Source of the DNA: Minutocellus sp. GHC0000111
Lineage: Eukaryota
Assembly (NCBI GenBank): GCA_977018835.1
Contig: OZ361256.1
Coordinates: forward strand, 1,984,001 to 2,048,000
Length of the DNA: 64,000 nucleotides
Direction: 5' to 3'
In this document: positions 48,381 to 57,677 of the stretch, piece by piece
Position numbering within the stretch: position 1 is the stretch's first letter
Layout: each line of letters opens with the position of its first letter
Notes under the pieces: model-generated
The model's database searches: none
What the model saw: the letters and a program-made list of their open reading frames with translations, nothing else
Told to the model about the DNA's origin: nothing
Position numbers and translations under genes: made by a program

Positions 48381-49017
48381 ACAAGGCGAGAAAAAGGTGA
48401 GATGTGTGCATGCTGCACGTTCACGAGCACACGGGTCTGTCCGACCATGGTGGGCCCATTGTGGGCGCTGGGCTGCCCCGTTTGTTGTAGAGGTGTTTCT
48501 TCACCTGTTGGTCTCACTTGCCATTTTGGCGTGTCGGTTCTGCTTCCTTGCTGTGCACAGGGGAACCAGGGGGAGACTGTGCTTCGGGTTGGGGCTGCTT
48601 GCCTAGGAGATCCTTCTCTCGCTGGCCTAGCCGGTCGAAGAGGTTGTCGGTGGCTTCCGCACCGCCAGCGTCAGTGGTGCTGGAGCCAGAGCCTGAGATG
48701 CTGTTGTCGGCGCAGGCATCACCGCTGGTGTTAGGGGGACCAGGACCCGACCGAAGGTCACTGCTAACGCCTCGGCCTTCTGCTCCGGTGTTAGGGGCAC
48801 CGGAGAGCCTGGATTGGTTGCTGATGTCGTTGCGACCGCACACGCCGGATTTTGGGGTGCCGGACAACCTTGGGCGGCTGGAGCCACCGGGGCGGATCGA
48901 CGCCGACGTGTCTGGCTGCACTCGACGGCGCTTGGAGGGACGAGCTCGGCCGGCTGGCCGAGATGTTTCTCCAGCATCCTCCGAGGGTGGGCCACGCCTC
49001 TGTGCCCACCCGATCCG

Positions 49018-51069
49018 TCATTCCTCCGCCTCCTCGCACTTCCGATCGCATTTCTCGACGTGCTGCTCGACGGGTCCTCTCTCCGATGCCTTAAGAGGCC
49101 TCTTGACATGCGACTTCTTGAGCTTACACGAGGATCCGGCGCCGCAGACACCTGTCAGGATGAATGGAGGGCAGAATTTACAGCCATTAATTTCAGGTCT
49201 GTCCTCATAGGGCTCGGATTTCTTGCCATGCCGTTTTGCAAAGTTGCCGGGGTTGATGTCGAACGTGACGAAGTGTTCGTGCTGGTGGGCTCTGCCGCTG
49301 GCGCCGCCCGTCTTTTGCTTCTTTTTCGGACTGGTTCTTGGCTCTGATTTGTCGGAGTCGGAATCCGAGGAAGGGGTGGGAGCGTCGGCCGATTGGACGA
49401 GCTTGATGTGGCTGGGGTAGACGAAAGGATTCTGAGTCTTCATTGTCATTTTGGACTCGTCGGCCATTGAGAAGCAAGAGAGGTCGTTGCCGGCGTCGTC
49501 GGGGGAACGGAGACAAGCTTTCCAGAATGCATGGATGGAGGCGTCGACATTGTGGAACATCGCCAGCCAGAACTTCTCGCCATGGCTCTCGGCGATGTCG
49601 CGGCACTGGTCCTCGTGTGTCTCCATGTGACTGAGGACCCTGGCGACGTAGCGAGCGGGCTCGGAGTCCTCTCCGGCAAGGAAGGAAGTGCCAGCGCCGA
49701 AGGCCGAGATGTGACGTTTGGCACCGTCGCACTCGGTTGGGGACCGGCGGTTCTGCTTCAGAAGAGCCTTCACCTGAGTCGAGGCATGTCCTTTCTTTTG
49801 AGAGGCGGCGAGGTGCAGGGGCGCATTGCTGCTGCTGGAGTTTGCCGGGCTAAAGGCGAAGACAGAGAAGCCATCGTAGATTTTCTTGTCGCTCTTCCCG
49901 AAGCCAAAGAGGCGGACGTAAGTGGTGAGGCCCTGGAGAGATGTCCTGACTCCGGTCTTGCCCTTTACATGCAGCTCGAGGCCGACAGCTGCTTGCGTGA
50001 GGTTTGACTCTTCCAGCAGTGCTTTCAATCCTTCGGGAAGATTCGAGTCGATCGCTGCTACATCATCGTCATGCTCGGTCGAGACCCGGCAGAAAGCGGC
50101 ACAGGCCTTGAGGATGGCGCCATTCATCGAGTGCTTCTTGTCGACCTTGTCAGTGTAGGCCATGACTGCGCCGGTGAGGGAGGATGCTTCGGACGCGGCC
50201 CTAGTCATGGCGTTGGCCGCGGCAGCAACTGCAGAGTCGGTCGGGGCGCCACCGGCTGGTGGTCCGTCGCCACTGGCGCCAGTGATGTGCCGAGCGTGCA
50301 TCTCACGGGCGCATGTCTTGAGAGCCGGGTCCGTCGTTGGGTGCAAGCTGACGGCCGGGATGTCACCTTGCTCGGACGTGGCGACGAACCACAGCCACTT
50401 GACGACGTGTTGAACAGCCTCATTGGAGCGAAGACCTGCTGCACCATGACCCTCGTCGTCACCGCTGTCTGATGCGTCGTCGCTGCCGGCGTCCTCATCC
50501 AGCCGACGTTTGATGGCGGACAGGATGGCCCAAGGCGATGCCTCGTGCTCTTCCAGAACATTCTGCAGAATCGAAGGTGGCAGCTGCACAAGGGACTTAA
50601 ACTTCGTGGAGGCACTCCGGTGGCGGGTGTTGGAGCCTTCCTGGGTGAGACCGGTTAGGGCGGCTTCTGACGGTGCCCCCAGCATGGCTTCCACCGATGG
50701 GGCTAGGACCTCCTTGTGCCGCAAGAGGCTAGGTTGGGCCAACGACATTGCCGGGGCTACATCGTCGATCCCGAGGAGCCCACCCAACCTGAGGTCGGGC
50801 TGCATGGTGGTGCCTCCCTGAGCCACGGCATGGTGAATCACCACGACTTTCCCTTCTGGATGGTGGGCCAGCATGGACAAACCCTCGGCGTCGCGGATTT
50901 GCTGCTGGATCGCTCGGGCATGGCTCTGGACCACAGCGGCCGTGGGGTCGGTTTCACAGACGTTGTCGGCGAGGAATCTCTGGAAATCTCGAGCCACGGC
51001 GGCGTCGGGCCCGGCCGGCATCTCTTGTGCCAGCAGGACTGACTTCCAGGTGTTGAAAGATGAAGCCAT
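49018..51069 (-). CDS. Ngaro ORF1 (gag-like) with C-terminal CCCH-type finger
   Basis: About 683-aa ORF upstream of pol; FCPPFILTGVCGAGSSCKLKKSH. Confidence 0.8.
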   Translation of the reverse strand: MASSFNTWKSVLLAQEMPAGPDAAVARDFQRFLADNVCETDPTAAVVQSHARAIQQQIRDAEGLSMLAHHPEGKVVVIHHAVAQGGTTMQPDLRLGGLLGIDDVAPAMSLAQPSLLRHKEVLAPSVEAMLGAPSEAALTGLTQEGSNTRHRSASTKFKSLVQLPPSILQNVLEEHEASPWAILSAIKRRLDEDAGSDDASDSGDDEGHGAAGLRSNEAVQHVVKWLWFVATSEQGDIPAVSLHPTTDPALKTCAREMHARHITGASGDGPPAGGAPTDSAVAAAANAMTRAASEASSLTGAVMAYTDKVDKKHSMNGAILKACAAFCRVSTEHDDDVAAIDSNLPEGLKALLEESNLTQAAVGLELHVKGKTGVRTSLQGLTTYVRLFGFGKSDKKIYDGFSVFAFSPANSSSSNAPLHLAASQKKGHASTQVKALLKQNRRSPTECDGAKRHISAFGAGTSFLAGEDSEPARYVARVLSHMETHEDQCRDIAESHGEKFWLAMFHNVDASIHAFWKACLRSPDDAGNDLSCFSMADESKMTMKTQNPFVYPSHIKLVQSADAPTPSSDSDSDKSEPRTSPKKKQKTGGASGRAHQHEHFVTFDINPGNFAKRHGKKSEPYEDRPEINGCKFCPPFILTGVCGAGSSCKLKKSHVKRPLKASERGPVEQHVEKCDRKCEEAEE

Positions 51070-51559
51070 GGTGATCAATGCTCGACCACCTTGCCTGTCG
51101 CCTTTGGCGTCGGTCCTCTCGGCGCTGGATGTGGTTCAGATCGGCCGTGAGGGTGAGGATGCGGTCGGCGATGTCGGGCTCTCCAAAGGCGGATAGAAGG
51201 ATGTTGAATGCCTGACGCGGTGGCTCTGATGCCAAAATATCGGCGGTGATATCTCGCAGGCGGATAGGTGCCTCGAGATCGTCGGGGCGCCGGTGAATTG
51301 ATGCTCTTGGCCAGACGCGGCAGTGGGCACCCTCCCAGCGATTTGGATCGGCCGTGTCGTCTAGCCACCTCGGATAGACTCGATGGTAGGTGCCTACCCA
51401 GCGGTGTGAGGGGGACGCCGTTAGATCTGCCAGCCTTCCCCCCAGTGTTCGTACGGGTTGACCTCCACTCGGTGTCCAAGAGGATTGCTGTCAGGCCGAA
51501 TGTGTCGGAGTCGAGCGCTGGTGAGGCTCTCGAATCCACTGTCCCAGTTGATAATAGCT

Positions 51560-52516
51560 TCAGTGAGTTGGTCCGGTCGTAGGTGCTGCCGTCTCTGGAA
51601 CGAATGGGTACGGCGAATCCAGCGGGAACTGGGTGATCAGGGCGAAAGGGCCGATGAGATCTCCTCGCTCCAATGCCACACTGACGCCAGCCCGCTCGGT
51701 TCGGTCGTGTGCGTCACGTGGGTAGAAGAGTGGCCTTACCTCCCACTCGAAATAAGTGAGCGGCAGCGTTGGTGGAAGCTCGCTCCCCCGTGAACCTATG
51801 CAAGCGTACGGTGTCGGCTCTAGAGGTCTGCCCTCTCTGGCCGCGATGCGCCGTCTTTCTTTTCGGTCGGCCTGGTAGTGGAGGATGCACTGCGTGAGCC
51901 GGCAGAGCTGGGGCCAGATGCAATGGTGTTGCCGCGCTGCTGCTACCGATGCCTCCGGACACCTTCGCCCCCGACACTGTTGAACCACGACGCCTCCGTC
52001 TGCCCGTGGTAGTCGGTACAGTGCACTGCTCAGGTCCAACTCAGTTGCCGTCTCGTGTGCCCGGCGGATCTCAGGCTCGTTAAGGCGCATGGCTATCAGC
52101 CAGATGTTGACGAGGTGCGTGGGCCAGTCCGGTGACACCAAGAAGGCTTGTTGCTCGAGGTACTCGGCGACCAGACCGTGCGCTGCTGGAGCAAGGTGTG
52201 AAACGGCTGCTGCTGGGGATGGCTGGTACCCCGTGGCTCTCGATGGGAGGTAGCCTGTGGCGCGCTCGACGAGATCGGTGAGGTACTCGGTAACGTCGAT
52301 TCGGCCCTCGGCAAAACTTTTCCACCAATCCAGTGCGTCTGTGGTCAGTCTCTCGGACGACGCCCTGGCTGTGAAGAAACTTCTGCGCACGGGCCGAATC
52401 GGACGTCTGAGTCTGTCCCAGCCTCGTGGAAGGTCAGGAGAGTCTCCTCGGACGATGAGGTCTCTTGCCACTCCGAACAACACGTGATCCAGTTCCGGCC
52501 GATCTGGTTCGGCCAT
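51560..52516 (-). CDS. Extra ORF of unknown function inside the Ngaro 5' region
   Basis: About 318-aa ORF between A1 and gag, on the same strand. Confidence 0.5.
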   Translation of the reverse strand: MAEPDRPELDHVLFGVARDLIVRGDSPDLPRGWDRLRRPIRPVRRSFFTARASSERLTTDALDWWKSFAEGRIDVTEYLTDLVERATGYLPSRATGYQPSPAAAVSHLAPAAHGLVAEYLEQQAFLVSPDWPTHLVNIWLIAMRLNEPEIRRAHETATELDLSSALYRLPRADGGVVVQQCRGRRCPEASVAAARQHHCIWPQLCRLTQCILHYQADRKERRRIAAREGRPLEPTPYACIGSRGSELPPTLPLTYFEWEVRPLFYPRDAHDRTERAGVSVALERGDLIGPFALITQFPLDSPYPFVPETAAPTTGPTH

Positions 52517-52685
52517 GCACTGTTCTGCCGTCGTAGAGACTGGTATCGGATCTACGTGCACTATCAACGGAGCTGAGCCGTGGCCGTTTGACTCCGGAGT
52601 CGACTGCGGTCTCTGGACTAACTAACAGCAGTGGTGGTGTGTCGGCCAATAATTACGAACTCGTAGAGTAGCACCAACCTAATGC

Positions 52686-52913
52686 TAAAACTAACTAACT
52701 ACTGAGAGAGAGAGACAGGCTCTGGGAGCCGGTACTGTAAGCTGACTTAGCAATTGCAACGGCAGCAATCGCAGATGGTTGTGGCTTGGTCAGTTGAGAC
52801 GAGAGGAGGCGAAGGTGGTGGTCAGCAGAAAAACTGGGCACTACAGGAATGCAGTTTTAGTGCCTGCTGCTAACCACCGTCGCCAGCTCATCCCCACCGT
52901 GCGGTACCCACAA
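52686..52913. repeat. Split direct repeat A1
   Basis: taaaactaactaactactgagagag...gcggtacccacaa, a copy of 44616-44856. Confidence 0.95.
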
Positions 52914-52956
52914 AGGTGGCCCAAGGCAAGAGTTGATAACCAGCCTGCACTAAGCA

Positions 52957-53961
52957 ATGAAGAGGCCACGATCTTCTGCCATTGGTGTTGTGACCGCTAG
53001 TGGCATTGCTACTGCTCTATCCAAACTCTCAGCTCACTCATTCGTCTTGGCACCGCAGGCACCATCACCCCCACCCCACCGGCGGCGGCGGCTGCTCACA
53101 TTGCTGCACCAATCATCGGTGTCCTTCTCGGACCTTGCGCGCGATTATGAGACTCGAGTGGAACCAGTAACGACCATGTTTCTGGAGGAAATGATTGAGC
53201 CATTTACCTTTGAGGCCGGCGATAATCGACTTCTCGATGTGGGCTGTGGATGTGGTGGCGGTGCCTTACATGCTGCCAAGGCTGGCTTTGCTGTGACGGC
53301 AATCGACAATTCACCCGCTTTCATCGGCAGATTGTCGGAACGATGCGACGAGCAACAAGAAGATGAATCCTTGAGCATAAGAGTTCAGGTTGCCGATGGT
53401 CAAAGCATGCCGACAGAATTCACAAGTGAATTTGACTTTGTCGTGTCCAGCTTTGCCCTCGTATTCTTTCCTGATCCATTGGCTGGATTGCAGGAAATGC
53501 ACCGTTGTCTTGTGCCTGGAGGTCGAGTGGCGATATCTGGATGGGGCGATAGGGGCGACTCGCCGGCATTTCGAATCATTCCCGATGCGGTGCGAGCAAC
53601 AGCCCCAGAGCTTATATCTGCAAGCAGCAAGAAGAAACCATTTCTTCGTACTCCCGAGGAAGTGGTGACCCTCATGGAACAAGCTGGCTTTGTCGATATT
53701 GAGATCAAGTCTGATATTAAGCGAACCCTAGCAATTTCCACGGCACAAGAATACTTTGAGAGATTTGCAATGGGGTCGCCACCGACTCGGAGTATGATGG
53801 TATGGATGCGAGATAACATGGGTGAGGATACTGTGACCAAATTCAAGGATGAAGTGATGAAGCTTGCGGTTGAAAGAGGTAGCTGCAAGCCAAATGGTCC
53901 GATAGAGATTGTATCTCCGGCCTACATTGTCTATGGAAGCACAAAGAAGAAGGAAACTTGA
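52957..53961 (+). CDS. Class I SAM-dependent methyltransferase with probable organelle leader
   Basis: LLDVGCGCGG, AIDNS, FDFVVSSFALVFFPD..LQEMHRCLVPGG. Confidence 0.88.
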   Translation: MKRPRSSAIGVVTASGIATALSKLSAHSFVLAPQAPSPPPHRRRRLLTLLHQSSVSFSDLARDYETRVEPVTTMFLEEMIEPFTFEAGDNRLLDVGCGCGGGALHAAKAGFAVTAIDNSPAFIGRLSERCDEQQEDESLSIRVQVADGQSMPTEFTSEFDFVVSSFALVFFPDPLAGLQEMHRCLVPGGRVAISGWGDRGDSPAFRIIPDAVRATAPELISASSKKKPFLRTPEEVVTLMEQAGFVDIEIKSDIKRTLAISTAQEYFERFAMGSPPTRSMMVWMRDNMGEDTVTKFKDEVMKLAVERGSCKPNGPIEIVSPAYIVYGSTKKKET

Positions 53962-54079
53962 CTTTTTTGGTTATATTTATTTATGAACAATTGATTAATG
54001 CTACATTATGTTTTCCAGGAAGGAAATAGTATAGTAGCGGGGCACATAGATACTTTGCCAACATCACTTCTCACATACA

Positions 54080-55345
54080 TTAGGCAGCGATTGGATACAA
54101 TCCAGCCTTGTCCAACAGAATGTTCCACACCAAGACAGTTGGTAGCATTAGTAGGGTTCCACATGCGACGTTAGCGGCTAGATCGGCCTCTCCAATCTGG
54201 TATTGACGACCAAGAGAAAACGATGCCAGTGATATTGGCAAAGTAGCAATCAAAATTGCGGCTCTGCCTTGTTCGTCGTTGAGACTCATAGCATTTGCCA
54301 GGCCGACCATGATGAGGGGTACAACTATGAGTTTCGATATCATAAACATTGACAATTTGGGCAGGCCGACAGCAAACAGCTTTTGAGTGCCTTGGCCATG
54401 CAGCCACAATCCCATTGCAAATAGACTGACTGGCGAGACGGCTTGGCCAAGCCACGTGAGCGTCGAGCTAATCCAACCCAATCCTTCGATGCAGGTCTCG
54501 GATGGACAGCGAAGATATTTGCCAGCCGTCGATAGACTTAGTACAAATCCACAGAATATTCCCCAAAGTACAGGATTATGGAGGATTCGAAGGCCAATCT
54601 TGCCCCAGAGGCGTGTACTGGAGATGTGTTTGCTATGTACCAAAGACCACCACTTGATTTGTTCTTCTTCTTCCTCCTCTTCTTCTGGAGTAGCATTTTT
54701 GTTTGGTTCATCATTGTCAAGAGTGGCAGGGCTCAGTGAAGTATCAGGGGTCACTTGGATCGTCACGTCAACGTTGGATTTTCCATTCTCTATTTCCTCC
54801 CGCGGAGAGGAATGCGCGTGGACCTGGTTTCCTCTGGCATGCGTCTCGGTCGCATGACATTCCAGGAACATGAGCTGCAGCGGTAGCTGAAAGATGAAGG
54901 AGCTGATGCCAGCGAGAATGCCATATTTCTGTCCAAGCTTGGGGTTGCCGAATACCGCACTTGATATTGGAACTCCCATTATAACCGTGGAAATCCACGT
55001 CAGTGTCAGCCATAGCACGGCGACGTGGCCAATGCCTTCGCGTCGTCGTTTCTCTCTCCAGTTGGTAAAGAGAATGACCGCGATTGCCAAGGCCAGAGAG
55101 ATGGCACGAAGAATGAGAAAGGCAACGATGTAGGCCCAGATATTCTTCTCGGAATAAAAGTCGATACCAATACCTATTCCTTTGGTGACGAGGCATGGGA
55201 GGGCAATGTAGAATACAAAGCGGACTGCCTGTGGGACGAACTCATCGGGTTGGAGTACGCCGAAGACACCACACAAGCCTCCGATAAAAATTGTAGCGAA
55301 CACCTGCAGCAGAGTATTGAGTACAGGAAGATAGGCCCAGGTCAT
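54080..55345 (-). CDS. Auxin efflux carrier (AEC/PIN-like) membrane transporter
   Basis: RFVFYIALPCL, STVIMGVPI, hydrophilic loop, HNPVLWG, PVSLFAMGL, KLIVVP, ATLPISLASF. Confidence 0.88.
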   Translation of the reverse strand: MTWAYLPVLNTLLQVFATIFIGGLCGVFGVLQPDEFVPQAVRFVFYIALPCLVTKGIGIGIDFYSEKNIWAYIVAFLILRAISLALAIAVILFTNWREKRRREGIGHVAVLWLTLTWISTVIMGVPISSAVFGNPKLGQKYGILAGISSFIFQLPLQLMFLECHATETHARGNQVHAHSSPREEIENGKSNVDVTIQVTPDTSLSPATLDNDEPNKNATPEEEEEEEEQIKWWSLVHSKHISSTRLWGKIGLRILHNPVLWGIFCGFVLSLSTAGKYLRCPSETCIEGLGWISSTLTWLGQAVSPVSLFAMGLWLHGQGTQKLFAVGLPKLSMFMISKLIVVPLIMVGLANAMSLNDEQGRAAILIATLPISLASFSLGRQYQIGEADLAANVACGTLLMLPTVLVWNILLDKAGLYPIAA

Positions 55346-55761
55346 GAATTTCTTGAGGATATTGGTGTGAAGTTTTTTTATTTGAATACGAGTTGAGTCG
55401 AGTCGATTGGTTGATTGATTTGTTGGTGGTTCATGAGTGAATGGTCTACGGCTCTTTCGGCTTCGGTTTGAATGCGGATGCGGCGGAGCGGAAGTGAAAT
55501 TCTGACAGATGGGGTGATGTCTTCACATTTTTCGCTTAAAGGAGCTCGCAAAGGGAACAACAAAAACGGCTACAGTGTATCGAGGTCCTAAGGGTACAAA
55601 TTACGAATTTTCTGGGAGGAAAAAGAACATCGAGGAACGTGTTCAATGCTAAGAGGCGCCGAGAGAAGCCGAGAGGTTTGTTCGTGTTGCTTGCATGCAG
55701 CCGTTCATCAATCCCAGAGAATAACATAAAATCCGTATACAACACAAATACAACACTCAGC

Positions 55762-57150
55762 ATGAGACCCAATCATACCACAGCATTACTTGGACTGGTC
55801 CTCTTCGCCGTCAATCCATCCGACTGCTTCATCGTTCCATCGCATCCACCGAGGGAGACGATTGTAGCCACTCGCGCGGCGGCTACCGCAATCCAGCCAG
55901 ACACTCGTGCACAGGCTGTAGGCCTAGAAAAGCTCACTCCAGAAGCTCGAGAGCTAGAGGATGTGCTAAGGAAGAAAACTGACGATCACAAACTATTGGT
56001 TGCGCAAACGGCGCCATCAGTTCGAATCTCATTTCCCGAAATGTATGGCGAGGAGCCTGGATCATTCAATACCGGCCAACTTGTCGCGTCGCTCAAGGAA
56101 TTGGGCTTTGATATAGTCCTAGATACCAACACAGCAGCCGACTTGACGATATGCGAAGAAGGAACGGAACTACTGCATCGCATTATGGCAAGGCAGAAGC
56201 TAAAGAAGGAAGGAGGAGGCGAACACGATGCTGAACCTCTTCCACTCTTCACGTCGTGTTGCCCTGGTTGGATGTCAATGGTGGCCAAGTCGGCCCCTGA
56301 GCTCATACCCTACATATCAACATGCAAATCTCCCCATATAATGTATGGCGCCGTGGTGAAGCGCAATAGCGAAGAACTATTTGGACGGCCGGCATCGGAA
56401 ATTTACACTTGTTCAGTCATGCCCTGCGTGAAGAAACGCGCCGAGGCCGATCACCCAGTCTTTACGAACAATAGTGTGAGAGACGTGGATAATGTAATTA
56501 CGACGAAAGATCTTGGGGCGCTGCTAAGCAAACACGATATCGATCCAAGAAAGCTTGATCCAATACCTTTTGATTCGCCGTTTCAGAATCAGAATGAAGA
56601 AGCCTTGGATGACGACGACGATGGTCTTGGTAGTGGAGCTGGACAGCTATTTGGAGCAACCGGAGGCGTTATTGAGGCTTCGGTGAGGTCTGTATACGAG
56701 CTCGTTACAGGATCGAAGCTTCCCAGGCTCGATTTAGAGGAGGTCCGTGGCTTCGAAGGCCTCAAGGAGACGACGGTGCCGCTTCATTCAGAGGACACTG
56801 GAAAAGGCTTGGATATAGAGCTCCGCGTGGCTGTTGTAAACGGACTTGGCCAAGCCAAGAAACTTATACAACAAATGAAGGATGGCGAAATAAAGTACGA
56901 CTTTGTGGAAGTCATGGCTTGTCCAGGAGGGTGTATTGGTGGAGGTGGTCAGCCCAAATCAGACAAGGAAACACTATCGAAGAGAATGGAAGTTCTGTAC
57001 AAGCTTGATAAGAGCTTGCCTGTGCGTCGATCGCATGAGAATCCAACTGTCAAGAAACTTTACAAACGTGTGTTGGGTGGAGATTTTGGAAGTGAAGAGG
57101 CCGAACAAATCCTTCATGTCCAGCCGGTTTATGGTGACGGAGGAGAATGA
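55762..57150 (+). CDS. hydA: [FeFe]-hydrogenase, H-cluster-only, with signal peptide and probable plastid transit peptide
   Basis: L1 FTSCCPGW, L2 MPCVKKRAE, L3 EVMACPGGCIGGGGQP; QTAPSVR, FGATGGV, RRSHENP; leader ALLGLVLFAVNPSDC-FIVP. Confidence 0.92.
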   Translation: MRPNHTTALLGLVLFAVNPSDCFIVPSHPPRETIVATRAAATAIQPDTRAQAVGLEKLTPEARELEDVLRKKTDDHKLLVAQTAPSVRISFPEMYGEEPGSFNTGQLVASLKELGFDIVLDTNTAADLTICEEGTELLHRIMARQKLKKEGGGEHDAEPLPLFTSCCPGWMSMVAKSAPELIPYISTCKSPHIMYGAVVKRNSEELFGRPASEIYTCSVMPCVKKRAEADHPVFTNNSVRDVDNVITTKDLGALLSKHDIDPRKLDPIPFDSPFQNQNEEALDDDDDGLGSGAGQLFGATGGVIEASVRSVYELVTGSKLPRLDLEEVRGFEGLKETTVPLHSEDTGKGLDIELRVAVVNGLGQAKKLIQQMKDGEIKYDFVEVMACPGGCIGGGGQPKSDKETLSKRMEVLYKLDKSLPVRRSHENPTVKKLYKRVLGGDFGSEEAEQILHVQPVYGDGGE

Positions 57151-57677
57151 GAGAGAGTGAGCGAAGAGAATGAGGGATTTCAGAGAGCATATAGGTATTG
57201 AAGCATACTACGCCACATTCAATTGTACATCTATTTACCAATTTAGATACATGCAGCCGTCTATGAACCTGTTGCTGTATTGTACCGGTAATGAAGAACG
57301 TGGTTGTCATCGGTTTTGACTCCTCCAAGTCAAAAGCATCTCGTCACTCCCAAGCATTCGAGAAAAGGAAAATTATTGCCTGACGCAGAACGAACAAGTG
57401 ACATCGACGACCGCCCACTGCCATGAATGCCATTGCCAAGGACCAACATCGAAACGCACGTATGAACGCGATTACCCCTTCGCGGCTTACATTCCATTGT
57501 AACTAATCTAATTGATATTCCTGGTACAGAGTAAAAGCAGGAACTGAAACGGCTGCTGGAACGAACCAGCACGGGCCTCATCTTTCAAGAAACCGAACCG
57601 GCACGTGCGTAGGCCTACTTTGCTCTGCAGCACCCATCATTTTATTCTCACAACGAACTGCCTCACTGACGGACGCG

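Larger units (their letters stand above)
44550..52913 (-). mobile_element. Ngaro-type tyrosine-recombinase retrotransposon (DIRS order), 8.36 kb, degenerate
   Basis: On the minus strand: A1(52913-52686), ORF0, gag, RT/RNase H, YR, B1(44998-44857), A2(44856-44616), B2(44611-44550). Confidence 0.92.

Noticed and set aside
45000..51230. CpG methylation decay or fungal-type RIP as the cause of the CA/TG excess
   Set aside because: CpG remains abundant, conserved codons point to TA ancestors (Tyr, TSD), and RIP creates TpA rather than removing it.
45000..51230. ADAR-like RNA editing before reverse transcription
   Set aside because: Changes occur in both strand directions and the same pattern hits a DNA transposon, its TSDs and flanking host DNA. 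Not formally excluded for the retroelement alone.
44616..52913. LTR retrotransposon with 230-bp LTRs
   Set aside because: No integrase or TG...CA ends; a tyrosine recombinase and the B-A-B arrangement indicate Ngaro.
55762..57150. NARF/Nar1 (cytosolic Fe-S assembly) assignment
   Set aside because: It has TSCCPGW and EVMACPGGCIGGGGQP typical of true hydrogenases, lacks an N-terminal Cys cluster and carries a signal peptide.
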